Shown here piece after piece: positions 25,452 to 38,945 of a DNA stretch of 64,000 bases. The stretch lies in contig NW_027266308.1 in the NCBI RefSeq assembly GCF_022045235.1, forward strand, positions 22,382,001-22,446,000, in the 5' to 3' direction. Position 1 is the stretch's first letter; every line of letters begins with the position of its first letter. The translations under genes were made by a program, and so were the position numbers. Under the pieces are notes generated by a model. It was not told the origin of the DNA, did no database searches, and saw only the letters and a list, made by a program, of their open reading frames with translations. Source of the DNA: Haliotis cracherodii (Eukaryota).

Positions 25452-26796
25452 ATTGATATATAATATTCAATGCGGTGTTCAATCAAACGCACTCATTCAC
25501 TGCATAAAAGTTGTTACCAGAATCATTGTCTCTTTCAAGTTGAACGCTTTCATCAACTTATAATATGAGGTGTTCAATAAAATAAATTCACAAATTTTAA
25601 CTCAAAATACAAACTTTTGAGTGAGTGGGATAAAATTTAACATCGCATTTTATACAAATGTTCACAGTATTCAGGTGAAGTTATTTTCCTCTGTGATATA
25701 CATGGCTGCGTGGAAACATTACGAAGGGCTTTCATAAGGTCAAGAGATGTTTTTGCTTGATCATTCTTATTATTTTCACGTACATATGATTGTATTCAGA
25801 ACACTAAAATAAAGACACTTTTATTACGGGTAGCCTTATTTGTGTTAAGAAAAAGGAAATTGCAAGTGAAAATTACAAACAATTGACAAGGACATGACGT
25901 TATAGGTTTATTGTTTTATGGTCGAATCTGGTTTGTTTGAAGAGCGAATATGCTAATCACACAAGTTCCCGTCTTCCTGAATATGTTTTGTATGTGGGAG
26001 AATAAGGAATATGTAATACGTGACAATTGAACAAAGAATCTGCATGCTTCTTTTTCATAGCAGCTTTTTACTCCTGAATCCGCTGTTCAGAGTTGCAACC
26101 CGTCTCCACATCCCTTCTCCCGTTCGAATCTCACATTCGCCTTGATTATGTTTCTTAAAAAGGTTGTTTTTTTTATCTACCTCATGGGTTTCAGCAATGT
26201 GTTACACGTTCAAACTTGCATCTCACCGAGCTTTCCATCCACATCAAGCTGACACGACCTGACCAAGCTCAACGCGAATGTCGAAGCTTGTTAACTTGTT
26301 AACTTCGGTGGCACAATATTACCAAGTAGATGCCACGCATTCATCTGGATGTGTCACAGATTCAGGACAAACCCATACACTTACCCAACTCAACATTTCA
26401 ACTCTTCAAATTCCTGTTCGGTGTAGCCTTTATACAGCATGGGGTGTAAATACGATATGCGGAAGGAACGCTGGTTTTACACGCTACTGTCTCTTCCTCG
26501 TCCTAGCTGTACGGTCATAAAGATATCAAGATAATGAATCACACACATTCCTCGTTACGGCTTGATTGTTTTCCTCAAAGAGGTCAATGCTATAATTATC
26601 ACAAAGGATCGTTTACATGTGTAGGAGGGTTCACAATTTGGCCGCTATATCTAATGGGTTATCTTCAGCCATGGCAGTGCAAGGCTGAAAGTTGATCAAG
26701 TTATGTTATCCAGGAATGTCCATGTGATGTTATATCATGTGACAAAATTGATGTTGATATCACAGGTAGTGTAGCGAGCACTTCATAACATACAAC

Positions 26797-29700
26797 ATGG
26801 AAACAGAACCGCTCCTGCAAAAGGTGGAGGACACTCCGGAATCTGAAGTAAAGAAATCTCAGATCAAGAATCTCCTGTTTGGCAATATGATAATATTCAT
26901 AGTTGTAATGGGGGCGATGTTGTTCTCGCAAGTGATGAGCCAATATCTCTACAAACGGGTGATGGAGGACGTGTTTAGTAACCACACGGTGGCGGCGAAA
27001 GGCCCAATGAATCACACATGTTACCTGAACACATCCAACCCAGACTACATCCTTCAGGAGAAGGCACAGCAGATCGCAGCAGCCAAACAAATGCAGTTCA
27101 CAATTCTGAAAAGCAGTCTAGCAATCATCACTAACATCATACTTGGTTCCTATTCGGACTCTATTGGTCGCAAGCTCCTCTTTGCTGCACCTCTGACTGG
27201 CCACTGTTTGAGATTTGGATTTACAGCAGGCATTATCTACTGGAAGTTGGATATCAATTGGTTTTTTATATCAGAAGGGATAGACGGCCTAACAGGGGGC
27301 TACTATGCTTTGCTACTAGCATCGTACGCCTATGCTGCTGACAATACTCCGGCGACAGGTGCTCGAACCATGGGCATAGCCTTCGTGGAGTTCTTTGAGA
27401 ACATAGGATCTGCTGCCTCATCAACAGCAGCTGGCTACTTCATCCAAGACGTGAACTTCTTCTACCCGACACTGACTGCCACACTCTTCGTTCTCGTGGA
27501 CGTTATCCTGGTGGTGACACTGCTGCCCAAGACAAAGGGGATTAAAAGAGCGAAGAGCAATTGGATTACACCTCTTGAGGGATGTCGACGAGTGTTTGGA
27601 TTTTATGTTTTGGAGGGCAGTAAACGGAAGCGAATATGTTTCATATTAGCTATCTTGATATTCGTTTTCACTGCCTTGCCAGTCGTATGTGCGTCTAATA
27701 TTGACATACTTTTCAAACTGAACTTTCCGTTTTGCTGGACCCCTGAGAAAATAGGTTACTATAGTTCAATAGGCTCTGTGGCACAACAGGTGATCGGTGT
27801 CCCGTTGACGCGACTGTTACAGTGTTGCTGTATCGATGAGGTGATAGGAGTGATTGGTTTACTGGCAATAGGTGCGGCAGACAGCCTACAGTCTATTGCA
27901 AGCACAGACTGGATGATGTACGGAGGTAATAGATAGTGAATATGATCGACCATTTTATCTTTCCAGGTACCAATGATTATGACAAAATGTACACTGGTTT
28001 CCCTCTTGGTGCATTCATACTTAATGAATTATGGATGTTATTTTCAATCACATCTGCTGAAAATGCTGAAAAGATTCATTGAACCAAGATCATGGTTCAT
28101 TATTTGTGAAATTATTCATTACAGATCATACTTATCCTTAAACAATTAACATACTAACTTGACTATGATGCATGTTAAAAAGGTTCTTTAACGTTACATG
28201 TGATTAATAACACCGTTAGTATTATTGTTCTTCTAGTTGTGGGCATCAAGATCCCTGCTGCCACGATGTTCCCAATTGTTCGCTCCATCTTGTCCCGGTT
28301 GGCTCCAGCAAACAAACAAGGTCAGAATGTGTGTATGGAGGATGTACTGAATATATCATATACCATGTCAAATGAAGCACCTTCTATGAAAAAAACCCCG
28401 ATGGCCTCTATCCAAAATGCACGTCGTGATATAACTGGAATACGGTTAAAAGCGGCGTTAAACCCAACTCACTATCTCACAAGGTAAATTGGTTCCTTGT
28501 AGGCAAGCATGAATATTGTACTGTTCATATATCACACGGACAGCATAAATAAATGGCAGATATGCTCGTGGGGACACGGATGGCACTTTTGTTGCTTTGT
28601 CTTGTGTAAAGGGGCTGTTGGGAGACTCAGTGTCTTAGGTGATTGCATATTGTCACACACGACAGATGCTTATTCCAACAGTCACTTGTTGGCTTTACCA
28701 ACGCCCAATTATTTACAGACACACTGGTATTAATGAATATTGCTGACTACAACATATTTTTAAAGATGCACATCTCTGTACACAGTTGTGCTCTTATTGC
28801 AGGTTCCTTATTCGCCAGTATAGCAGTGGTAGAGACGATATGCTCGCTGGTGGGGACTCCGATCTACAGCAACATCTACCAGGACACGGTGGTGGTGTGG
28901 AGAGGGTTGGTCTTCATCTTCTTGGGAGGCACGCATGTAGTCGGTGCCATTGTTCTCGCGTGAGTAGTTAATGCACTTCTTTGTCCATATTCACAATCTA
29001 TGACCGTTTTAAATAAATGTTATCTTGTTCAGTTTGTCAGCTTATGATTGATCAAGAAGGATTTGTACGCAGTTTTAAAAAATTCAAATTTGTGGAAATT
29101 CCAGGTTAGAATAGATGGCCAGAATACTATGCTGGTCGTAAGAGGCAACCAAATGTATCGGGTTGTCCAGCTCGGTGATGTGGTTGAGTGTGTGACATCG
29201 AACCAAGACGGTGTGGAGAGTTGCTCACCATACCAATCACTTGATTGTCTTGTCCAGACTTTATTGGCCGCAGTCAAACAGCTGGAATATTGCTAAATGT
29301 GGCGTTAAACGACAAACAAACAATATTCCGGTCACATCAGCCAAAGCTTTAACCACTAGGCTTTTCAATCTCTCAATTCAGCAGATGAACGATAAATACT
29401 GGTACTACTTCTGACTAAATCAACCCGTAGCCTTGTCTACAAACGGAAAAACAACCGTTTGAAATAATATGTGTACTTTTCTCTAGTGTACTTTTTTCAT
29501 GACGCTGGTAGCACTTGGCTACTGAACACCTATTTTATTGGTGTACTTCTAGTTATAAATGTTTAAGTGCATAGATTAAAATGATAAATAATCACAACTC
29601 GGTCGTCTCCTTGCTATGAATCTTGAATGTACATGTAGGCCCCTTCCACCCATTGATTGTGAACTTGTACTAGGAAGTCAATAACTGGATTGAAAAACGC

Positions 29701-30130
29701 AGGGTCCATTCCAGGCGTGTTTCATTCTGCATAACGTTTTATCACATTAAGCATTTATTGATTTAGGGTATAACCCATAATTTCAGATCAACTATTCGGA
29801 TCAAGTGTTATCACCGATATATGTTTCATGTGAGTAATCCCCCGAAAGAATGCAAATGTCACGCCTATTCTTTGTTTCAGAATCTATATATTCGTGTCAA
29901 AACCGATCAGACAGAAGCGCGATGTTCAGCAGCTTCAAGCAGGTGTTCCAAACGTTCAGCGCGGGGCTACAGTGTACCAGACAGAAGTAACCGAGGATCC
30001 AACAATGCACGTGCATGGGCGGTCGGTGGCAGGCCAGGAGGTGACAGATGTCACCCAGGCCAGCATACACGTGCATGTTCAGTCAGCGTATGGCGAAGCG
30101 GATGGACAGTATATCAAAACAGAGGAGTAG
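26797..30130 (+). CDS. SLC46-family MFS transporter, paralog 4 (~539 aa); exons 26797-27925, 28237-28320, 28803-28959, 29881-30130
   Basis: METEPLL, GSYSDSIGRK, AYAADNTP, PFCWT; GT-AG junctions; open to TAG. Confidence 0.92.
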
Positions 30131-31859
30131 TTGATTTTCATGACGCCAAATGGATGTATATACATCCCAAAGTGTGTTCATTTTATGTTTGTCAAGCATT
30201 CTGTGTATGAGCTATCTATTAATGCTCACGTTTTAACGTTTTGATGAGTTAGCTTTTCAAGAAACTCAGTTCCTCAACACTCATTGATTGTGGTCAGATG
30301 AAATTAACATGGTGTACATTTGCAATTTTGGGTTACTGTTGAGCATAATCTGTACAAATTCCATCCAATAGAGACAACCTCCTAGTTTTATGGAGACCAA
30401 CTTCACAATGTCTTAGTCAAAATCTCTTTGTTAAGGCCTGAATGCAGAAATATTTACCTCATCCTTTAGCAATCCTGACTTTATAAGACTATCTGCTATT
30501 TGATTACCCTGCAAACCGATATGAACCGGAATCCAAACAATAGCACATGAGATTTATAATGTATTCAAACAAAGTGCCAAGTTTCAAAATTATGTATACA
30601 ATATAATTTCAGGATTTTAACTCCACAATCAATAGCCCTAATGGCAGCCAATGATCACAAAACATGATTGATTCGTGGTTATATTTATCCACCCTATGTC
30701 AATGCTTGTAGAATTGATATAAATTATGTTCCGATCTAGGTTGATGAGGTGGCCTTCGGGAGCAGAGATAAAGACTTTCAATATTTTTAAAAAGCTGACA
30801 AAAGCTCCCTGACATTCTGGGGTATTATTATGGTGCATGGCTAGTCGTGGCGTCAGCCAAGTATCGCCTGTCTCCCGTCCAAAATTTTCAAGTTCCTCTT
30901 ATCTGGGTAATGCAGCACATGCATTGCTCAGCAAATTGTTGTGGTTGTGTTTAGGCGATTGTTTCTCAACCATTTTGTAACACTATTCAGGGTCCAACAT
31001 TCAGTTAGGTTATGCTACTTATATCCTTAATCCACAATCTTAGTAATTGAAAAGTACATTCCTCCAGTAGATGTGAGTACAAACATGTCAATTTGAAAGG
31101 GTTTTGATACACATGGTGTTGTACAAAAATGGTCTTTTATTTATTATTTTATAAATGTTTTATCATACTGCTATTTCAATTGTTCTGTTTCAAAGTCACC
31201 CACATGTGCATCTGTACAGTTATTATGTTTTAGTGAACAGTGAGAAACTTTAACATTCTTTCCATCAGTCAAATTAAAAATGTATCGTCGAAAAAATCTC
31301 AATCTGTAAATAAAAACACAAAAACAACATGACTATACCCAAACGCCATATTGTGTATAATCTTCATGGTAACGTCAAGGCGACATCATCAATATAAAAA
31401 TGAAAGATTGTATTTAAGATATAGACCAAAACTGCCATTTCTACAATATCCATTACATCCACACAACCTTACCAGATACCCTAGCAACATGTCCAAAACA
31501 TTAGATCACTTACCATAACTTTCCAGTTACTTATCAACATTAGAATTCCTTTCTAACAGTGTTTACATTCGTTATCTCTTACAGTAACTAGAGTCATCTC
31601 CCTTAGACTTAGGTGCCTGTCGCTGACACAAGAACACTTTTACAATGGACTCGGCTTTCACGTATTTCTTAGGGGTTTGTTGGTTTTATTTATCCTGATA
31701 AATATCTGTATTGCCATTTTCGTGATCAATTCAATCAACAAAACTACCTCAATACAGTAATACAAGAAAATCAGAGTGGTGTGGAACATCATCATATTTT
31801 GTACATTGCTATATTTATTTCGCAATGTCTACACTCATTTGTATAATTACGCATTTATA

Positions 31860-32225
31860 TAAGTTATATAATGCATATAACCTTCACCTCAGACGTTGTG
31901 TATTGGACATGACCTTCACGTCATAAATAGGTTATAATCGACATAACCTTCACGTCACTTGTTGTATATTGAATACAACCTTCACGTCACTTAAGGTATA
32001 ATTGATTTTACCTTCACGCCACAAATATATTATAATGGACAAAACCTTCACTTCACCAAAGGTATAATGGACATAACCTTCCCGTCGGTATTTGTATATT
32101 GCATATTAACCTCCACGTATGTATTATGGATATAACCTTGACGTCACAAATTGTATAACTGATATCTACTTTACGTCAGACATGGCATAATTGATCTAAA
32201 AATGACGTCGCAAATGGTATAGGAA
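31860..32225 (+). repeat. Degenerate 32-bp minisatellite (ATAACCTTCACGTCACAAATGGTATAATGGAT)
   Basis: Same family as 42880-44230, 53040-53600 and the inverted block 54080-54260. Confidence 0.8.
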
Positions 32226-33085
32226 CAAAAAAAAGCACCGCCCCCCCACGTCCACCTGACACGCTGTGCTGTACAGTGGAACCTCGCTTCTGCACGCTTG
32301 CATTTTTCAAATATTGTCCAGATAAACGACTTTCGAAACGTCATAACGTCTTGTTGCAGTATAATAATCAAACTACAACAAAGATATGCCATATGCCATT
32401 TATTATATATGTGTCCAATCTCGGTCAAGTGATGTTCGTTTCAAGGCGTCAATTGTGGTAATCTGGTCGTGGTTGCTCTAAAGTGGTTGTTGTGCGATCT
32501 GCCAACCTGGACACATACGATTTTGCCGAAATTAATGTAAACAATATTGAATGAAAGAAACACTTATCCAGGTATACAATGAACACGTTTTCTTATAACC
32601 AGATTGTGTGATAACAGGATTAAATATACACTGTGATCACTAAAATGGCAAACTTCTAATCACATATAATACCTGAATGGATTTTCCGCCCATATCAACC
32701 TGATGCGCTGTGATGTATAGTGGAACCTCGCTTATCTGCACACTTGCTTTTTTCAAATATTGTCCAGATAAAAGAATTTCGATCACGAAAACGTCATGTT
32801 GCCGTGTAATAGTCGAACAACAACAAAAATATGCCATATGCCATTTATTATATATGTGTCCAATCTCGGTCAAGTGATGTTCGTTTCAAGGCGTTAATTG
32901 TGGTAATCTGGTCGTGGTTGCTCTAAAGTGGTTGTTGTGGGATCTGCCAACCTGGACACATACGATTTCGCCGAAATTAATGTAAACAATATTGAATGAA
33001 AGAAACACTTTTCCAGGTATACAATGAACACGTTTTCTTATAACCAGATTGTGTCATAACAGGATTAAATAAAAACTGTGATCAC
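32200..33085. repeat. Local tandem duplication, 2 x ~443 bp
   Basis: Near-identical blocks, e.g. TGTCCAATCTCGGTCAAGTGATGTTCG at ~32412 and ~32856. Confidence 0.85.
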
Positions 33086-34502
33086 ATATGATACCTGCCC
33101 CTTGAATTACAAAACAAACATCGTCATGCATGGTCGCTGTCCGGTAAATGGAACAAAACAGTGTGTATTTTGCATTCTTGGTAATTGAAATTCACTGTCC
33201 GATGCGATTTACAGATAAATGAATCATTTTATGCGGCAAATTAGTATCACAATTAATGCCCCTTTCAAGTTGACCACCTTTCATCAATTACTGTTGGTAA
33301 TTATAATTTACTGTCCTATCCGCGAAACCCGTATTCCAGATAACTGAAGCACTGTATGCAGAACATATCGTTTCACATAAATATCGTCATGTTGGCGATG
33401 TTTCCGGCCATCTATGGTCAGGATAAGAGTGATTTCAATGTAACTGAAGTACACTTCAAAGCGACATTAACAGAAACTCACTCACTCATTCATTGTGACA
33501 AATTAGTATCACAATCAATGCCCCTTCAAGTCAAACGCCTTTTATCAAAATGATATGAGGTGTTTCATGTAAATACTTCCCAAATTGAATCTCAAATATC
33601 AAACTTAAACGAAAACCCGCTGAAAAAGTACGTTTGTGTGATTCCGATAAACTTTAACATCATATATTATTTAAGTTATTTTCCTATGTGATATATCCGG
33701 ATGTGTAGCACAATTACGAAAGAGTTTAATTTTTTTCAGTAAGTCACTTGATCATCCTAATTCTTTCACGTACATATGTCTAAACTCAGAACACTACAAT
33801 AGCTATGCATTTTTACGGGAAGCCTTTATTGTATTAAGAAAAATGAGATTGCACGTGAGTAATCATAAAGATGTAACAATGACATGCCGTAGGTTTAGTG
33901 TGTTAAGGTCGAATCTGGTTTATTGAAATAACGAATGTGTTAATCACACACGTTCACATCAGCCTCAGGAATTATGTCTTATATTAATTTCATCTGATAA
34001 AGGTCTAAAATATATCTTTTGTTGTTGTTGTTGTAAAACTGGCTGTGTAGTACATTTGGTAGAATAAGACATGTTTTAAAGTGATAATTAAACAAACAAG
34101 CTAAATCCATCTTTCCGACAAGAAGGGTTATTTGTGGATTTGTTGGTCAGAATAACATCACCGTGCCAGAATCCTATGATCATGAATCCCAGATTGTTCT
34201 CCGTCCTCATGGGTTTCACCAATGTGGTAAAGACCCAAACCCATATCACATCGGTTTTTTTTCCCCAAAAAAAAGGTGACACCCTGTAATTTTACTGATA
34301 CATTGTCCAAAGTGACGTAAAACTATATACATCATTCTATACTTTCCAGAATGATAGTAAATAATACTGTATGATAACTAAAAGTTCTTCTTTAAAATTG
34401 ATTGTAACAGAGATCCATTTGTATGTTCTGGTCGTTCTGTCACACTCTATCTTGCTAGAGTCAAAATACACGTTTCCACTCTGGTGCTGTTCAATAGAAA
34501 GG

Positions 34503-34535
<33 letters not shown>

Positions 34536-34542
<7 letters not shown>

Positions 34543-35775
34543 GGCCAAAAGAAACGTTACCAACATTAACTGATTTGCTACTTTGAAACAAAGATGCTAA
34601 CCTGTTCAAAAACAGTAAAGAGAAAGGTTGCCATTAACATGAATTGCTCCAAGATGACCATTACCAGACTGGTCGCACGTCTCCGGCTGACTGGCAGAAC
34701 CGCAGACAGACCACGGAGTGGCAGACCAAAGGTCACGACCCCGCAGGATGACCGCTTTTTACGGGTACTTCATCTGAGGAACAGATTTCTTACTGTGACG
34801 TCATCAGCTGCCAACAGCTTAGGACATCCGGTCAGCAGACAAACAGTGACCAGACGACTACGACATTATGGTCTCGGGGCTTATCGCCCTTTCAAGGGCA
34901 TGACCTTGACCCGTCAACATCGACGTGCCAAATTGACATGGTGCAGGCAAACTCAGCGATGGCAACAAAGGGAATGGCGGCGAGTGCTGTTTAGTGCTCT
35001 TCAAACCTGATGGGCGGACGCGAGTTTATCGACTACGTGGTGAACATACGGCTCCTTGTTGTGTCCAGGAGGTGGATGGTGTGATGGTCTGGGGCGGCAT
35101 TTGCGGGGACGAGAAGACGGAACTTGTCATCATCGAAGGCAATCTGACAGCACAACGCTACATTGACAATATCTTACGGCCAGTGGTTCTTCCTTTCATC
35201 CAGCGTCAACAACGGACGGTGTCCCAACAAGATAACGCCAGACCCCATAAATCCCGTATTACTAGAGACTTCCTCAACGCCAACAACGTGACTCTCCTGC
35301 CGTGGCCAGCTCGATCACCAGATCTGTCACCCATAGAACATCTCTGGGACAAGCTGGGGCGTCGTCTTCGGAAACGTCAACATCCTCCCTTCACGAAACA
35401 AGCGTTGATCGTTGCCCTCCGTGAGTAATGGAATCGGATACCTGCAGAGGATGTGAGGACGCTTGTCTACTCAGTTCGACGCCGCATTCGAAGATGCATT
35501 GCCGCTCATGGAGGTCATATCCCGTATTGAACGGTCTGGTCCGTCGTCACCTTAAAGTTGTAACCAATGTTGTTGATCGAATACTGGACGAATGACCCCT
35601 TGTCAATAAATGTCCCTGTTGGAGGTCAAGGACTTTGTTGTTGAATTAGTAAATTCGCATTTTACTGTTCTGAATGATGAATTTCTACAATACAATTGTT
35701 ATTGCTGGTTCAAATTGTGTTGGTCATATTCTATCCTAGAAATATCGTTGGTAACGTTTCGTTTGGCCGTCAGTA
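34536..35775 (+). mobile_element. Second Tc1 transposon, 5'-internally deleted and degraded, inside (TA)n runs
   Basis: ~29-bp TIRs ACTGA(G/C)GGCCAAA(A/C)GAAACGTTACCAAC. Transposase pieces 34594-35010 and 34994-35428 contain RPRSGRP, VMVWGGI, QQDNARPH and SPDLSPIEH, with a frameshift and a premature stop. Confidence 0.9.
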
Positions 35776-35779
35776 TATA

Positions 35780-35810
<31 letters not shown>

Positions 35811-36191
35811 ATATATAGATATCCAGAATAAGTAAGTGGCTTTTTGTTCAATCTGAACCAATAGAAACCAATCGTTGCAGGTTCCCTGAAAGCAAGCATA
35901 CACACGTATTTTCACACGTACAGGTTATATGTATGCCCATATCAAAATGAGCCCGTGGAGACTCGGGTGGGATGGGCTCCGAAAACTTTATTGCTTAAGC
36001 TCCTATGCAGATACATTTAACTGCCATCGTAACCGACAAGTGCTTATTCTCTCAATCACTGGTTTGTCTTACTATTGCCAACTAATTTACCGGCCATCGT
36101 GGTTTAGCTGGAATATTGCTGACCGCAGTGTGAAGCAATATAATTTTAAAAAATACACATCTATGTACATAGCTGTACCATATTGTTGCAG

Positions 36192-37593
36192 GTTCCCTCT
36201 TCGCCAGTGTAGCGGTGGTGGAGACGATGTGCTCGCTGGTGGGGACTCCTATCTTCAGCAGCATTTACCAGGACACGGTCGTGTTGTGGAGAGGGATGGT
36301 CTTCATCTTCTTGGGAGGCACACATGTTGTCGGTGCTATTGTTCTTGTGTGAGTATTTTATGCACTTCTTTGTCCATATTCAATCAATTATTTCTCGTTT
36401 ATTTCGTCATCTGATGTTTGATTGAGAAGGATGTTTACGCAGTTTTAATAATACCCTACCCATGACAATTCTTGGTACGAATAAAATCACCAGCATAATT
36501 TGCTGATCGTAAGAGGCGACAAAATGGGTCGAGTTGTCAGGAACGGTGATGTGCTTCATTGCGTGTCATCGAACCCCGACGGCGTGGAAAGTCGCTCACA
36601 ATATCAATCACTGGATTATCTGGACTTTACAGGCCGCCGTCATACAGCTGGAATATTTCAAACAAACAATATTGCTGTCATATCAGCCAAACTTTTAACC
36701 ACTAGGCTACTCGATCTCTCAATTCAGGAGATGAACGATACATACTGGTACATGAGGTTTCCAGGGAACGACTTCTTCTGTCATCATCAACCCGCATCCT
36801 GGACCAGAAAGGGGAAAACATCGTTACAAATAATATATATACTTTTCACTTGCGATATACAATTGGCTACTGAACACATATTTTACCTGTGTAATTCCAG
36901 TCGCGAAGGTGCACGAGCATGGGTTAAAATGTCAAATAATCACAACATGGTCTGCTCCCTTGTTATGAATCTAGGTGAAATACATGAAGGTCAATAAACT
37001 TGTACCGGAAAGTGAATAACTGAATTCAAATGCAGGGCGCGTTCTAGGTATGTATCGTTGTTCGTGAGAGTTTATCACATTACACTTTAATCCGTTAGAG
37101 CATAATTCATACTTACAAAGCAAATGTCACCAGTGAATGAATGTTTCAGGCTCTGCAAATGATCATTTTACAAACTGTGCGGAACATAAAGACCTATATA
37201 TAATTGTAAATAATAAATATTCTCTGTGCGGACTACACAAAGTATTAACACTGATATATTTTCACTGGGTAATCCCAAAAGGATGCAATTGTCACGCCTA
37301 TTCTTTGTTGCAGGATCTATATATTCTTGTCAAAACCAATCAGACATAACGCCGATGTTCCGCAGGCTTCGCGCGATGTTCAACAGGTTCAACCAGGTGT
37401 TCCACATGTTCAGCACGTGGTCACAGTGCACAAAGGGACACAGACAGACATAACCGGAGATCCAACAATGCACGAGCATGCGCGGTCGGTGGCAGGCCAG
37501 GAGGTGGCAGAGATCACCCAGGCCAGCATACACGTGCACGTTCAGTCGGCGTATGGCGAAGAGGATGGACACTATATTAAAACAGAGGAGTAG
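36192..37593 (+). pseudogene. SLC46 paralog 5: only exon 3 (36192-36348) and exon 4 (37314-37593) present
   Basis: Very similar to paralog 6 exons 3-4, with intact splice sites and frame; no exon 1 or 2 upstream. Confidence 0.85.
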
Positions 37594-38945
37594 TTGATTT
37601 TCATGACGCCGGTAACAGGCTTGCCTACGTCAAACGTGGAAATAATGATCCCATTTGACCACTGAGCTCAGTGACAGACATATATTATCTCAAAGTGCTT
37701 TCATTATTTGTTTGTTATGCATGATGCATTCCGATGAATGACTATTCAATGATNNNNNNNNNNNNNNNNNNNNNNNNNNNNNNNNNNNNNNNNNNNNNNN
37801 NNNNNNNNNNNNNNNNNNNNNNNNNNNNNNNNNNNNNNNNNNNNNNNNNNNNNNNNNNNNNNNNNNNNNNNNNNNNNNNNNNNNNNNNNNNNNAATGCTT
37901 TATGCCGAAGCGCGTATTGGTTTTTTACTTTTCTGATTTATTTTGTCGTCGTGGTTTCTGGCTGCGATCTGTCGAATCCTTAGGCCGGAAAATCAAAACG
38001 TTTCACATTACTATGGGAACCAGAACACTGATGTTCAGCAAACGAAATCTAAACCTTGGGGAAAAGTAAACTGCCATTTCAACTGAACGCCCAGAACAAT
38101 ACATCTGGGTATTACGTTCAGTCTCCTTCAACGCTTATGGTAGTTTTTCAACATGAAATGAAATATTTATCTATAAACACAATATCGTGTTTAGTGATAA
38201 CGTGATAACGTCAAGACGCCATTATCAACATAATAGTAAAAGATCGTAACACGGCTAGTCTACAACAATTTACTTAAGATCTAGACCCAAAGTGCCGTTT
38301 CTACTTTCTCCGTTACTTCAATACAACCTAACCCGATATCCTAGCAACATTTCCAAAACATTAGATCACTTATCATTACTTACCAGAAACATTAGAATTC
38401 CCCAATTAACTGATAGTGTTTTCATTCGTTACGGTAACCGGAGTTATCTCCCTTAGACTGTAAGTGCATGTCGCAAACATGTGAAAGGACTCCTTCTCAA
38501 TGGACTCGGCATTCAGCATGTATTTCTTTGGAATTTGTCGGTTTTATTTATCCTGATAATTTTTTACTTCCATTTTCCTGTTTTATGCAATCTGAAAGAA
38601 ATTTTTGAGAGCAAAAACTACCTCAATACAATAAATGAGAGTGGTGAGAGAACATCATTATATTTTGTACATTGCTTTATTTATTTTACTTCGTCCAGCG
38701 GTTATATGTATATTTAATTACCTTATTGCTCTTTACAGATTTTACATTGCAAGAAGCCAGATGAATATATCTCCTTAACAAATTAAAGATAAAAGATAAA
38801 TATAGAAGTGAAGATACCTCATTTGAGTCAATCTTTGCCTTTTGATGTATGTAAATTACGCATTTATCAAGTATATAGACACAACACTAGTAACTCCAAA
38901 TTCCTTAGATATACAGGAGAAATGTAATAAGTTCTATTATGGATA

